A DNA stretch of 64,000 bases from an uncultured Phycisphaerales bacterium (GCA_963844715.1 CAWJPJ010000006.1:832001-896000); one strand, 5' to 3'. Shown: positions 39,280-50,590, numbered from the stretch's first letter. Notes: generated from the sequence alone by a model not told the origin. A program made the numbers and translations.

Positions 39280-40560
39280 ATGCGAATTCGGAAACGGATG
39301 GTGGGCGCGGCGGCGGCGGTTTTGGCGCTGACTTCAGCGGCATGGGCGGATGATTTTATGTCCGCCTATTCTCAGGATGGATTGAGTGTGAATCCTTCGG
39401 CACCGCTGCTGGCGGATGCGAGCACGCCGGACAAGCCGCTGATGAGCGGTTTGGACGCGATCGGCATCGGCGGCCCGATGAAGGACCTGGGGCTGAATCT
39501 CTACGGATATGTCGAAGTGGGATATCTGTATGACGCGACGGTTCCGAGCAATCTGACGGGGCCGAAGAGCTTTCCAGGCGATTTGATTTTCTTCCCCGGT
39601 CCGGACAAGAACAAAGTGATCCTGGATCAGGTCGATTTGACCCTTGAGCGGACGGTTGATGCGTCGAAAGGGAAATTCGACATCGGCTTCCGCGTGGAAG
39701 GGATTTTCGGACGCGACGCGGTCTTCACGCACTCGAATGGCATTCTCGACAACTCCAATAAAGACGGCGGCGGCGAGGACGATCAGCTCGACCTCGAGCA
39801 GGCGTATTTGACGTTTGCCATTCCGCTCGGCACGGGGCTCACCGTGAAGGCGGGCAAGTTCGATACCCTGCTTGGATTTGAGTCGATCAATCCGACTCAG
39901 AACTATTTCTTCACGCACTCGTATATTTTCAGCTTCGGCGTTCCGTTCACCCAGACGGGGATTTTGGGCAGCTATAACGTGACGGACGATATCAACGTCA
40001 CGGCGGGAATCACCCGCGGGTGGAACCAGTCGACGTCGGATAACAACGGCGCAATCGACTTCCTGGGCCAGGCGGTTTACACCCTATCGAGTTCCTTGAG
40101 CTTGACGGGCAATCTGTCGGTCGGTCCGGAAGCGTTCCAGGACAACAAGGATTACTTCGCCGTTCCGGAATTGATCGCGCAATACAAGGCGTCCGATTCG
40201 TTGAACTTGGACGCGGATGTCCTGTACGGATTCGCGAACCACATTTCGCAGTGGTATGGGATCGCGGCTTACGCGAATTACACGCTGACGAAGAATTTCG
40301 CGCTGAACGGGCGCGCGGAGTTTTACCACGACGGGCGCGGCGCGACAACGGGCGCCGGAACCGGCGGGGACGTGAACTTCTGGGAATTCACGGCGGGCGT
40401 GGATATTACGCCGCTGCCGGACAACGAATACCTTTCCAGCTTACAGCTCCGGCCGGAAGCGCGGCTGGATCTGGCGGATCAGGGCGCGTTTGATTTCAAC
40501 GGAACCAGCGGGCAGGACAGCCAGTTGGTTCTTGCGGTGGACGCGATCTGGTCGTTCTGA
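39280..40560 (+). CDS. Outer-membrane beta-barrel porin (DUF1597/BBP2-like)
   Basis: Signal peptide, LEQAY, GKFDTLLGFESI...NYFFTHSY.F..GVPFTQTG, C-terminal WSF. Confidence 0.85.
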   Translation: MRIRKRMVGAAAAVLALTSAAWADDFMSAYSQDGLSVNPSAPLLADASTPDKPLMSGLDAIGIGGPMKDLGLNLYGYVEVGYLYDATVPSNLTGPKSFPGDLIFFPGPDKNKVILDQVDLTLERTVDASKGKFDIGFRVEGIFGRDAVFTHSNGILDNSNKDGGGEDDQLDLEQAYLTFAIPLGTGLTVKAGKFDTLLGFESINPTQNYFFTHSYIFSFGVPFTQTGILGSYNVTDDINVTAGITRGWNQSTSDNNGAIDFLGQAVYTLSSSLSLTGNLSVGPEAFQDNKDYFAVPELIAQYKASDSLNLDADVLYGFANHISQWYGIAAYANYTLTKNFALNGRAEFYHDGRGATTGAGTGGDVNFWEFTAGVDITPLPDNEYLSSLQLRPEARLDLADQGAFDFNGTSGQDSQLVLAVDAIWSF

Positions 40561-40587
40561 TTTGACGGCCCTGCAAAAAGCGAACTA

Positions 40588-40626
40588 TCGGGCGTCGCAG
40601 GAGGCTGCGACGCCCGTTTTTGTTTG
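40588..40626 (+). terminator. Intrinsic terminator
   Basis: CGGGCGTCGCAG-gagg-CTGCGACGCCCG then TTTTTGTTT. Confidence 0.8.
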
Positions 40627-40685
40627 ATCGTCCGGGCAGAGGAGTCGATCTATCATTAAGCCGATCTATTATTAACATGCCAGAT

Positions 40686-41561
40686 ATGCGGATCGACAAG
40701 CTCTTCGGCTGGGGGAAGCCGACCATTTCGTTTGAGTTTTTTCCGCCCAAGACGGAGGCGGGATTCGCGCAGCTCTTCGCGGCGATCAACGATCTGCATT
40801 CTCTGAAGCCGAGCTATGTGTCGGTCACGTACGGCGCGGGCGGGAGCACGCGGCAAAAGACGGTGGCGCTGGTGGAGCGCATTCAGCGGGAATTGCAGAT
40901 CCGCTCGATGGCGCATCTGACTTGCGTGGGGCACACGGCTGAGGAAATCGGCGGCATCCTGGACGATCTTTGGAAAGCGGGGATCGTCAATGTGCTGACA
41001 TTGCGGGGCGACCCGCCGGTCGGGCAGAGCCAGTTCGTCGCGACTGAAGGCGGGTTTGCCAACGCGAGCGATCTGGCGAAGTACGCGCGGGGGAGGCGGG
41101 ATTTTTGCATCGGAGTCGCCGGGTATCCGGAGGGACATCCGCAATGCCTGAACCGCACGCGCGATCTGGAGATGCTGAAACTGAAGGTGGACAACGGCGG
41201 GAATTTCGTCGTCACGCAGCTGTTTTTCGATAACGGGGATTTTTACCGGTTTCGAGATGAAGCGCGGGCGATGGGGATTTCGGCGCCGATCATCGCGGGA
41301 ATCATGCCGATCGTGAATCTGGCTCAGATCAAGCGGTTCGTGAGCATGTGCGGGGCGAAGATTCCGCATGGGTTGCTGACGAAGCTGGAAACATTGGAAA
41401 CCGATCCGGAGGCGGTGTACCGGGCGGGGATTGAACATGCCATCGGGCAGTGCCGGGATTTGGCTCAGCATGGGGTGGATGGACTGCACTTTTATACGTT
41501 GAATAAGAGCAAGGCCACGGTCGAAATCGTGCGGGGGTTGGGTTTGGCGCATACGTTTTAG
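40686..41561 (+). CDS. metF: Methylenetetrahydrofolate reductase
   Basis: SFEFFPPK, SVTYGAGG, AHLTC, LRGD, AGYPEGH, TQLFFD, GLHFYTLN. Confidence 0.96.
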   Translation: MRIDKLFGWGKPTISFEFFPPKTEAGFAQLFAAINDLHSLKPSYVSVTYGAGGSTRQKTVALVERIQRELQIRSMAHLTCVGHTAEEIGGILDDLWKAGIVNVLTLRGDPPVGQSQFVATEGGFANASDLAKYARGRRDFCIGVAGYPEGHPQCLNRTRDLEMLKLKVDNGGNFVVTQLFFDNGDFYRFRDEARAMGISAPIIAGIMPIVNLAQIKRFVSMCGAKIPHGLLTKLETLETDPEAVYRAGIEHAIGQCRDLAQHGVDGLHFYTLNKSKATVEIVRGLGLAHTF

Positions 41562-41675
41562 CGGGTATCGGGTTTTGACGATAAAGAAGTGTCGGAACGC
41601 GCCGCGAAATTCGCGGGGGCCGGCGTGGCATTTGTATTGGGGTAAGACGTCGGCCATTAACGACAAGGTGGAATT

Positions 41676-42863
41676 ATGAAGCGAGCTGGAATCATTGCCT
41701 TTTTGATTGTTGTCGTCGGGCTGGCGCGGGTGGGGCTGGCGGACGATTCCTCGTTGCAGGTTCAGCAGGCGACGGCTCTGGCCAATGCGCTGGAACAGGG
41801 GCTGAATACGGGAAATGCGGCGCTGGTTAATTCGGCCGCCGACTGGAAGGATCTTCTTCAGAACGCCACCGATGGGATCGCGGTGCCGCCGGGGTTTCGC
41901 GAGCAATTCATCAAGGCGGGGTCGGCAGGCATCGCGGAGAAGTTGATCAAGATGAACTCCAACATGGGCGGGCAATATCATTTGCTGCGCGTCCGGCAGA
42001 ACAATGGGCAGACCAGCGCGGTATTTCGCATGCTGAGCAAGGCGAGCGCGCTGAGTTATTCGGAGTGGTATCTGGGGACGGACGCGGCGGGACAGCCGGC
42101 GTTTGTGGACGCGTATTTTGCGGTATCGGGCGAGCGGCTGAGCCAGACGGAACGGCGGATGTATATGTTGGTGGCGACACGGGCAAATCCGGCAAGTCCG
42201 GACGCCGGCGGACTGGACGACGCGACCCTGGCTGGGTTGCAGGATTTGATCCATTTTCAAAAGGACCTTCTGGCAAGGGAATTTTCGGACGCGGTATATC
42301 GGTATGACCAGCTTCCGCCGGAGTTGCGGAACGAAAAGGCGATCATGGTCCAGTACATTGGGGCGACGATGGAGATGCGAGCGGAGAACCCGCAGGAATA
42401 CATCGACGCGATGAAGGCATTTGAGCAGCGATTTCCGGGCGACCCCGCGGCGGATTTGCTGTGCCTGGACGAACGCGTGATGTCGGGCGAGTACGAGGAA
42501 GCGTTGGCGTCGGCGGACCGCCTGGGGGCCTATTTTGGGGGCGATGCCTATCTGTTGTCGCTGAAAGCGGGCGTTGACGTCACATGGGGTCAGCAGCACT
42601 ATACCGCGGCACGGGAACTTTATGAGGAGTCGATCAAGGAGGAGCCGACGCTGGCGGCGCCTTATTGGGGATTGGTTTCGCTCTCGCTGAAGGAACAGGA
42701 TTACGACCAGACGGTGGTGCAGCTGAATCGGATTACGAAGGCGCTGAATTTGAAACTGCGCAATCTGGAAACGCTGCCGGCGTATTCGGATTTTGTGCAA
42801 TCGGATGCGTATCGGAAATGGAAGGATTCGCTGGGGGCCCCCGCCGCTTCGGCGGCGAATTAG
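41676..42863 (+). CDS. Exported hypothetical protein with C-terminal TPR-like helices
   Basis: Signal peptide, 395 aa, helical repeats (A..LY..SI..EP....PYWGL). Confidence 0.75.
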   Translation: MKRAGIIAFLIVVVGLARVGLADDSSLQVQQATALANALEQGLNTGNAALVNSAADWKDLLQNATDGIAVPPGFREQFIKAGSAGIAEKLIKMNSNMGGQYHLLRVRQNNGQTSAVFRMLSKASALSYSEWYLGTDAAGQPAFVDAYFAVSGERLSQTERRMYMLVATRANPASPDAGGLDDATLAGLQDLIHFQKDLLAREFSDAVYRYDQLPPELRNEKAIMVQYIGATMEMRAENPQEYIDAMKAFEQRFPGDPAADLLCLDERVMSGEYEEALASADRLGAYFGGDAYLLSLKAGVDVTWGQQHYTAARELYEESIKEEPTLAAPYWGLVSLSLKEQDYDQTVVQLNRITKALNLKLRNLETLPAYSDFVQSDAYRKWKDSLGAPAASAAN

Positions 42864-42898
42864 CGGCAGGTTTGATATTGCGATGCGGGGAAGTGGCG

Positions 42899-42994
42899 GT
42901 GCATGGGGTAGATGGGCTGCATTTTTGCGCGTTGGATAAGAGCGAGGTAGCGGCGGAGATTGTGCGGGGGTTTAGCCTTATTCATACCCACTGA
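42899..42994 (+). pseudogene. Degenerate duplicate of the metF 3' end
   Basis: HGVDGLHFCALDKSEVAAEIVRGFSLIHTH* versus metF HGVDGLHFYTLNKSKATVEIVRGLGLAHTF*. Confidence 0.85.
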
Positions 42995-43130
42995 TTCGGA
43001 CGTCTATGTGCGCGACGGGTCACCAAATGCGCCCGATTGACAAAGCAATGCAACCGCGAGGATGATATTGTTTTAACGATTACTGGATCTTGATTTCTAG
43101 TCGGTGGCTCTAGCTGGAAAGGGGTTGGAC

Positions 43131-43983
43131 GTGGCAATCTCCAAGCGGTCGGCAGAACGAGCGCGAGTCGGTCTTAAGCGGCTGTTGCCGGTCATACAGC
43201 AGCAAAAATCAAGCGACGTTTCGGAAGCTGACACCGTCACGTTGGTTAAGGACCTCATGGCGGACGTATTCGGATATGACAAGTTCAAAGACATAAGGAG
43301 CGAGCATGCGATTCGCGGGACGTATTGCGACCTCGCGGTGTCGATCGGAGATGAGAACATCATAGAGCTCGTGGAAGTCAAATCCGCGGGAACCACGTTG
43401 GAGGACCGGCATGTTAAGCAGGTGGTCGACTACGCGGTAAACGTACCCGAGGGGGTCGATTGGGTTGTATTGACCAACGGCTCAGTTTGGAGGCTGTATA
43501 AAGTGCTGTTCGGCCGGCCAATCGATAAGCAATTGCTGATAGAGGTCGACCTGACCCTCCTGGATCTGAGAGGCGACGATTGCATTAGCTGCTTGGCGCC
43601 ATTCATGAAAGAAGGGTTTGCAAAGCGGCGCCCAAGAGTTGTGCGATCGGCAAGACGCCACGAGCAAATTCTTACTTTCGGCTCTGATATTGAACAATTC
43701 CAACGTCATCGCGACGATTCGGCGTGAACTCAGGCGCATAGTCGATGTTCTCGTCGAGGACGATGAGATTCTTAAAGTGCTACGTAACGAAGTGGTAAAA
43801 CGCGAGACAGTAGACGATCCTGAAGCGGACAATGCCATCAGGCGCGTCAATAAGGCTCAAAAGCCGCATATATCACGAGACAAGACCTCCGCTGTCGCGG
43901 AGGCACCGCCCGCAAGCGCGCAGACAACCGCCCCACTTAAGGATCCAAAAGGCGTGTCTAACCCGCCGCCGATTATCAATTGA
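43131..43983 (+). CDS. Stand-alone HsdR N-terminal-like PD-(D/E)XK nuclease domain protein; frameshift near 43630
   Basis: SEADT...DVFGYD...SEHAIRGTYCDLAV...VEVKS....HVKQ..DYA...WVVLTNG..W. Confidence 0.8.
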
Positions 43984-43997
43984 GACTTACGGATGCA

Positions 43998-44035
43998 ACA
44001 AAAACCCCCGCCCAAGAGGACGGGGGTTTTGTTTT
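43998..44035. terminator. Bidirectional terminator
   Basis: ACAAAAACCCCCG-cccaagagga-CGGGGGTTTTGT between convergent genes. Confidence 0.8.
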
Positions 44036-44055
44036 AGATTTTAGGTGGTTGTCGA

Positions 44056-44460
44056 TTAGTAGCGATCGCGTCCTCCGCGGTCGCCGCGGCCTCCGCCGCC
44101 GCCGAATCCGCCGCCGCCGCCGCCTCGTCCGCCGCCGAATCCGCCGCGGCCGCCTCCGCCGCCGCCACCGAATCCGCGGCCACCGCCGCCCCCGCCGCCG
44201 CCGCTACGCTCTTCGCGTGGGCGTGCTTCATTGACGGTGAGCGCTCTGCCCTGATGTTCCTGACCGTTGAGCGCGGCGATGGCGGCCTGCACTTCCTGGT
44301 CGGAGGACATCTCCACGAAACCGAAACCCTTGCTCCGGCCGGTGTCGCGGTCATTGATGATTTGCGCGGACACAACCTGGCCATGAGCACCAAACAACGT
44401 CTCGAGTTCCGAGCTATCCACTTGGTAGCTGAGGTTCCCGACATACAGCTTCTTACCCAT
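44056..44460 (-). CDS. RRM-domain RNA-binding protein with Gly/Arg-rich tail
   Basis: KKLYVGNL (RNP2), SKGFGFVEM (RNP1), VNEARP. Confidence 0.95.
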   Translation of the reverse strand: MGKKLYVGNLSYQVDSSELETLFGAHGQVVSAQIINDRDTGRSKGFGFVEMSSDQEVQAAIAALNGQEHQGRALTVNEARPREERSGGGGGGGGRGFGGGGGGGRGGFGGGRGGGGGGFGGGGGRGDRGGRDRY

Positions 44461-44786
44461 TTGGCATCTCCTTGAGATGGGTAGACTACAGGCCCATATT
44501 GAAACGGTTCTTTCCGGACCTGATCGAAAGAGGTCGCTCAAGCGACCGACGCGGGAGGGGTAAAACGGACGCGGAGGAATGACAGTACACGAAACGCTTT
44601 CCTGAGGCCGATCGACTAACCCGCCACCTTAAACAGGCCAACCTTATACCGGGGGATTGCCGCGGAATCAAGGCAAAAGCGAAGGGCGAGAGTGGGCCAA
44701 TGACGAAATTCGATGATAAATGACGAATGTTCCCGATCCGGCCGGTGGGCGATTGGGGCATCATTGTCGATATAATCGCGGCACAG

Positions 44787-45668
44787 ATGAGTCAGATGAA
44801 CCCTGAGCAGTCTTCAGCCGCGTTGGTTTTGGCGTTTGATTCCGCGATGTTTGAGCAGGGGCAAAGGTGTATTGAGACGATTCGGGCTTATTGCCGGCGA
44901 CCATATCGAATTTCTGCGGTGGGGATTGATCTTCGTGACCCCGAGCGGGAGTGGCTGCGGGGGGAGGGGATTACCACTTTGGAGGGGTTTAGTTTGGTGC
45001 CCAACTATTCCGACGGGCCTCGATATGCGCTGGCGATGACTTGCCGGCCATACATTCCGCGGCTGTTCCCGGGGCACTCGGTTTACATGTCGATCGATCC
45101 GGACATTCGGTTTCAAGATGCGGATGCGTTTGAGTTTTACATCGGGAACGCCGAGGCTCGGCCAAACGCGATTGTCATTTGCCAGGAAATCGATCCGGTC
45201 TATCCGATCATGCGGCAGGCGGCGAAGGCGAATTTTTATTTTGGGACGAGATACCATCGGATCGCCAAGGCGTTTGGGCCGGAGGTGGCGACGCGAATGC
45301 AATTTTTTTTGGGGTTCAACGCGGGGATTTTTGCGATGCACGCCGGGGCGGCGGGATGGGAGTGCTATCGCAAAAGAATCGAACAATCGGTCAAGGGCCC
45401 CTACTCGCACCTGGCGGAACAGGATGCGATCAATGTGGCGATCAGCGAGGATCAATTGGAATTGGTCGTGGCGCCGACGACCATGAATTGGCTGTGCATG
45501 AACTCGCTGCCGGCAGTTGATAATCAGAGCGGGCGGTTTGTGCGGCCGGAGTATCCGTATCTTCCGATCTCGGCGCTGCATTTGAACAACTCGCTGGCGA
45601 AGGTGCCAGGGGAGGCGGAGGGGATCACGCAATACGATATTTACAAGCGGTTGAAGATGACGAAGTGA
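44787..45668 (+). CDS. GT-A fold glycosyltransferase-like protein (GT8-like)
   Basis: RPYIPRLFPG...YMSIDPD (DxD), FNAGIF, AEQDAIN, NWLC. Confidence 0.75.
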   Translation: MSQMNPEQSSAALVLAFDSAMFEQGQRCIETIRAYCRRPYRISAVGIDLRDPEREWLRGEGITTLEGFSLVPNYSDGPRYALAMTCRPYIPRLFPGHSVYMSIDPDIRFQDADAFEFYIGNAEARPNAIVICQEIDPVYPIMRQAAKANFYFGTRYHRIAKAFGPEVATRMQFFLGFNAGIFAMHAGAAGWECYRKRIEQSVKGPYSHLAEQDAINVAISEDQLELVVAPTTMNWLCMNSLPAVDNQSGRFVRPEYPYLPISALHLNNSLAKVPGEAEGITQYDIYKRLKMTK

Positions 45669-45800
45669 AGGCCGAACTGAAGGCGGGATCAATGACCCCT
45701 CCCGCCCTGCGGAAACTATCGGAAGACCGAAGAAGGGCGAGCTCCGTGGCGTCACGGGTTGTCGAGCATCGCGGACGCGCCGGTTTGGCGTCGGCTAATA

Positions 45801-45844
45801 AAAACGACTCCCGACCCCTTTTTAAAGGGGTCGGGAGTCGTTTT
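45801..45844. repeat. Palindrome upstream of the RAYT gene (21-bp arms)
   Basis: AAAACGACTCCCGACCCCTTT-tt-AAAGGGGTCGGGAGTCGTTTT. Confidence 0.92.
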
Positions 45845-45873
45845 CTTGGCTTGTTTGGTGTACACTTCCTCTC

Positions 45874-46570
45874 GTGCCCAGACGCCTGCGCGTTGCCACC
45901 GCTGGATTGGCTTACCACGTCCTCAACCGGGCCGTCCGTCGGGAACGGCTTTTCGACGGCGACGGCGACTACGCCGCCATGCTGCGCGTCATCGAGCAGA
46001 CGCACAAACGCCTGCCGATTCGAATCGTCAGCTTCTGTTTGATGCCCAATCACTGGCACTTCGTCCTCTGGCCGCAAAAAGACGGCGACCTCAGCGAATT
46101 CATGCGCCTCCTCACCGTCACTCACACGCAGCGCTGGCACGCCCACCACGAAACCGCCGGAACCGGCCCGCTCTATCAAGGGCGCTTCAAAAGTTTCCCG
46201 ATCCAGAAGGACGAACATTTCCTCAACGTCTGCCGATACGTCGAACGAAATCCGGTCCGCGCGAATCTCGTCCGCGTGGCCCAGCGCTGGCCATGGAGCA
46301 GCGCCGCCGTGCGCGACGGAGATCGACCCATGGCTGCTCAACCAAACCGACTGGCCGGTGCCGCCTCCCCACGATTGGCTACAGTGGACCAACCGACCCG
46401 AGACCGCCAAGGAACTTGAAGCCCTCCGAACCAGCGTCGCCCGCGGCCGCCCCTTCGGAACCCCCGCGTGGCAAACCCAAACCGCCAAGCGATTGCATCT
46501 CGAGACCACCTTCCGCCCCCCAGGCCGCCCACGCATAAGTTCCATAATCGACTCCCGACCCCATTATTAA
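45874..46570 (+). CDS. REP-associated tyrosine transposase (RAYT, Y1 HUH family); frameshift near 46340
   Basis: YHVLNR, CLMPNHWH (HUH), YQGRFKS, RYVERNPVRA, WPWSS; C-terminus RGRPFG...RPPGRPR in the second frame. Confidence 0.92.
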
Positions 46571-46592
46571 TGGGGTCGGGAGTCGATTATGG
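46542..46592. repeat. Palindrome at the 3' end of the RAYT gene (25-bp arms)
   Basis: CCATAATCGACTCCCGACCCCATTA-t-TAATGGGGTCGGGAGTCGATTATGG. Confidence 0.92.
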
Positions 46593-46722
46593 CATCTGGG
46601 CGCGTGAATGGTGAATGGCATACGTTCCCGAAACGACCGCAAGCGAACTGAATCGGTAACGCCGAACCCATTCATCGGTTCGGAAAGCATTGGCAGACTG
46701 CGGGAGGGGGAACGCGGCGGCG

Positions 46723-48811
46723 CTACGGGGTGTCGCGGACCGTGGTTTTTGTGGGGTCGGCGGGTTTGGCGAGGCGGGGGGCGCTTCTGGGGATTTTTGC
46801 GAAGGTTTCGGCTACGTCGGCAGCGGAGTCTGGGCGATCGTCGGGGTCTTTTTCCAAGAGACGCATTATGAGTTGGGTCAGTTCCACGGGGAGGTCGGGG
46901 CGGCGGTCTTTTAGGGGTACGGGGCGCTTGGCGGTGACTTCCAGGAGCATTTGCTTGGCGTCGCCTTTGGGGTGAATGGGGAGATCGCCGGTCAGCCACT
47001 CGTAGGCGATGACGCCCAGGGCGTATAGATCGGCTCGGGCATCGACGGCGGCGCCGCGGGCTTGTTCGGGGGCCATGTAGCCGGGGGTGCCGGGGGAAGC
47101 GACTGGGGCGCCCGTCCAGCGGGAGACGTGGGCGATTCCGAAATCTACCAGCACCGGGAACGAATCGCGCGTGATGATGATGTTTCCGGGTTTCAGGTCG
47201 CGATGGACTACGCCGGCTTCGTGAAGGGCGGCCAGAGGCGCTGGCGATCAATTGCATGTACTGAAGAAAGACGGCCAGGCCGGGGCTTTTTACCTCGGAC
47301 ATGCGCTTTTGGAGGGATTCGCCTTCGACGAAATCGGAGACGAGATAGAGCTCGCCGTTTTCGTCGAAGCCTACGGCGCTGATGCGCACGACGCCGGGAT
47401 GGCGGACGCGCGAGGCGGCTTCGAGTTCGAGCTTGGCCGAGGCGATCATTCCCTTGCGGCGGCGGACGTCGTAGAGGTTGGCGAGTCGGAATCGTTTTAG
47501 GGCGACGTCCTTGGCGCGGACGGGGTCGAAGGCGCGCCAGACTTCGCCGAAGGTTCCGGAGCCGAGGCGTTCGCGCATCACGTATCCCTCACTGGATTGG
47601 CCGCCGGTTTGGGCGGGGGATTGATCGTTGGGCTGGATGATCGGGCGGGAGCGTTCCTCGATGACTCCTTCGCTGAGTTCGAGACGGGCCATTTCCTGTT
47701 TGAGGACGGGGAGATATCTCTCGTACCCGTCGGATTTGGCGCGCTGCATGCCTTTGAGGAGGCATTCCTCAGCCGTGGCTTTGAGCTTTTGATCGAGAAG
47801 AGCCCTGGCCAGTGCGATGCGCGCGGGGATTTCCAGATCGGGGAGTTCGGCTTCCATGAAGGCGTCAACGGCTTCCTTCAGGAGGGTCGCGGCTTCGGGC
47901 TGGCGGCGGGCGAGCGCGAGTTCGCCCCGGGTGGCGACGAGGACTTGTTTGAGATACGGCTCGGCACCGTTGGATAGTTTCTTTTCGGCATCGTGGAGGA
48001 GTTTGTCGGCGTCGTCGAGTCGATTTTGTGCGATGCGAAGCAGGGCCAAATCCTTAAATGCGAAAAAGGCGAAGTCGTCGTAATGATTGGCGTCGGAGAG
48101 GCGGATGCATTCGAGGAAATCGCGTTCGGCGGCGGGGAGATCGCCGGCGGCGAGATGGACGCGACCCAGATCCTCGTGCATGCGGGCCTGGCCGCGCGGG
48201 TCGCCGATTTCCTTGGCGAGTAAGAGATCGCGTCCGAAGCATTCGAGGGCGTCTTCGAATCTGCCGATGCGGAGGTGGGTGCGGCCGATGTTTCCGAGGG
48301 TGATCGCCATGCCGACCTTGTCGCCGAGGAGGCTTTTGTCGACGAGGGAGAGGGCGTAGAAATGGACGGCGGTGTCGAGCCGCCCGCGGGCCGCCTCGAC
48401 GGAGCCGAGGGTATCGTAAACCTGGGAGCGGGAGGCGAAATCTCGGAGTTCGAGATAGGCGCGCGCGGCTTGCATGAGCTGATCGATGGCCGCCCCGCTG
48501 CGGCGGAGCTTTCCTTCGGCGAGGCCGGCGACGTGATGGGCGCGGGCCGAGAGCGCGGAGCCGGGCCCGGCCTGGCGGATCACGTCCATGGCGATGACGA
48601 GGGCTTCGCGAACGTCGCGGCGCTGGCGGAGATCGAGGTAGGCGAGTTCGATGCGGCATCGGTCGCCGAGGTCGGGGGAGGCGGCTTCCAAATCCTGGTG
48701 GGCTTCGTCGTCGCGGCCGAGGTCGATGCGGGCCATGGCGCGGGCGAAGAGCCGAGCCGCGGTATCCGCGGGCGCGTCCGCGATTTCCGAAGAGCCGCCG
48801 GAGGTCGTCAT
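46723..48811 (-). CDS. TPR-repeat Ser/Thr protein kinase; frameshifts near 47240-47150
   Basis: N-terminal TPRs; LGSGTFGEVW, VALK, HRDLKPGN (shifted frame), DFG, GTPGYMAPE, DLYALG. Confidence 0.88.
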
Positions 48812-50458
48812 GTCGCTGGATTCTCTCTTCGCGCCAGGAGGAAGGTGCGGTCGTCCGTCGAGGGGCAGGAGCCGCGGATTTCATCGAGGGAGTGGTTTAA
48901 CTTTTCGCACAGGTCGCGCAGGGGCATGGCCGGATCGGCGGCATAAAGCTTGGAGATTCTGGAGGAGATTCCGTCGAGGCCGAGCATCTTGCCACAATTG
49001 TCGCGCAGTTCGCTTAAGCCGTCTGTGAAGAGGATTACGAGCTGGCCGGGTTCGATTGCAGCGGCGTCAAGCTGTACGGACATGGGCATGACGCCCAGGG
49101 GCGGATTGTGGCCAAAGGGCATCTCGGCGACTTTTCCGTCGGGATCGACAACGAGCATGGGGGGATGGCCGGCGTTGATGCATTGGGCTTCGCCAGTGTG
49201 GGGGTCGAGCATGACGCCGATGAAGGTGACGAAACTTTGGCGGTCCATGGAATCGAGAAGATATTGATTGAGGCGCTGGATCATGTCCGGGAGATTTGAA
49301 CCGGCGCGGATCGCGGAGTGGACGATGCTGTGGACGCCGCTGGCGACCATGGCGGCGGCGAGGCCTTTTCCGCTGGCGTCGGCGACGGCGAGGAGGATTT
49401 TGCCATCGGGGCCGCTGATCACGTTGGCGTAATCACCGCCGATCCAGCGGCAGGGTTCGAAGCCGATGGAGACCTCGAGGCCGGGGACGTTGGGATTCTT
49501 CGGGACCAGAGACATCTGCATCTGCTGGGCCTTCTTCATGTCGTGATGCAATTCGGCGCTGGCCTGGACGGTGCGGCGGGCCTCGATTTGCAACTGGGCT
49601 TTTTTGAATTGCTCGGCGGCCAGAGCGACGAGGGCGAGCCAATCGACGGTGCCGTGCTCGCGGGGAACCAGGACATAGAGAATGTCGGCGAGTTGAGTAT
49701 CGACGCGCAGCGGACAGACGATGCAGGCGCGGCCCTCGGCTTCGTGCTCGCCGCCGGCGAGGATGGGCTGCTGATTGCCGATCGCGGCTTCGACGATGGC
49801 GCGGGAAATTTCGGTCGGGGCGCTGGTGCCTCCGATCTGGCCGGTGCGAGCGCGCAATTGCAGGGGGCAGAGCATTTCCGGGGGGGCCTGCGGGTCGTTG
49901 CGATCGACGCGAAGAACGGTGGCTTCGTCGCAGCGAACGTCGGATTCGACTAGCGTGCGGCAAAGCTGGGTCATGCGATCCTGGTCGTCGGGGATCTCCA
50001 CGAGTTTTGTACTGAGACCGCCGACAAGGGCCAGGTGGGATTGTTTTAGGCGGGTGGCGGGAGATTCGGTCAGCGTCGTGAAGACGGTGGTGGAGCCGGA
50101 GTGGGTGGACCACATGGTATTGCCCATCTCGGGGCTGACGGTGACGGGGGCGGTGCGGCTTCGGAAGCGGATTTCGAATTCGCCGATGTGGATGCGATCG
50201 CCGTGGACGAGGGTTTGATGGGCGACGGGCCGGCCGTTGACGCGCGTTCCGTTGCGGCTGTTCAGATCGAGGACCGACCAGCCGCCTTCGGGGGCTTTCT
50301 GAATCTCGGCGTGATGACGGGAGACGCGCGGTGCTGTCCAGGGGAATATCGGATTCAGGGGCGCGGCCGATGGTGAGACGCTCGCCGCGCAATTCCTGGC
50401 GGACGGGGGGGCCGCCGCGGGTGCTGATTTCGAGATAAAATTCGTCGGCCTCGGGCAT
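48808..50458 (-). CDS. FHA + GAF-like + PP2C (SpoIIE) phosphatase; frameshift near 50335
   Basis: IGRAPESD..SRHHA..DLNSRNGTRVNG (FHA); IGGDY, ADASGKG, NAGHPP, FTDGL, DDRT. Confidence 0.9.
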
Positions 50459-50590
50459 GGGGTGCATATTACCCTGAGTGTCAATCCCCTGGCTAATGCC
50501 GGGGAAGTGCTGGTAAGCAGCGCCAATCGTTTTTACTTGCAAACCGGGCGGGGCGAACCATCATATCGTCACACCTTGCCGGGAGGCAGA

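Noticed and set aside
44056..44210. GCC-rich tandem repeats
   Set aside because: Encode the ordinary Gly/Arg-rich tail of the RRM protein
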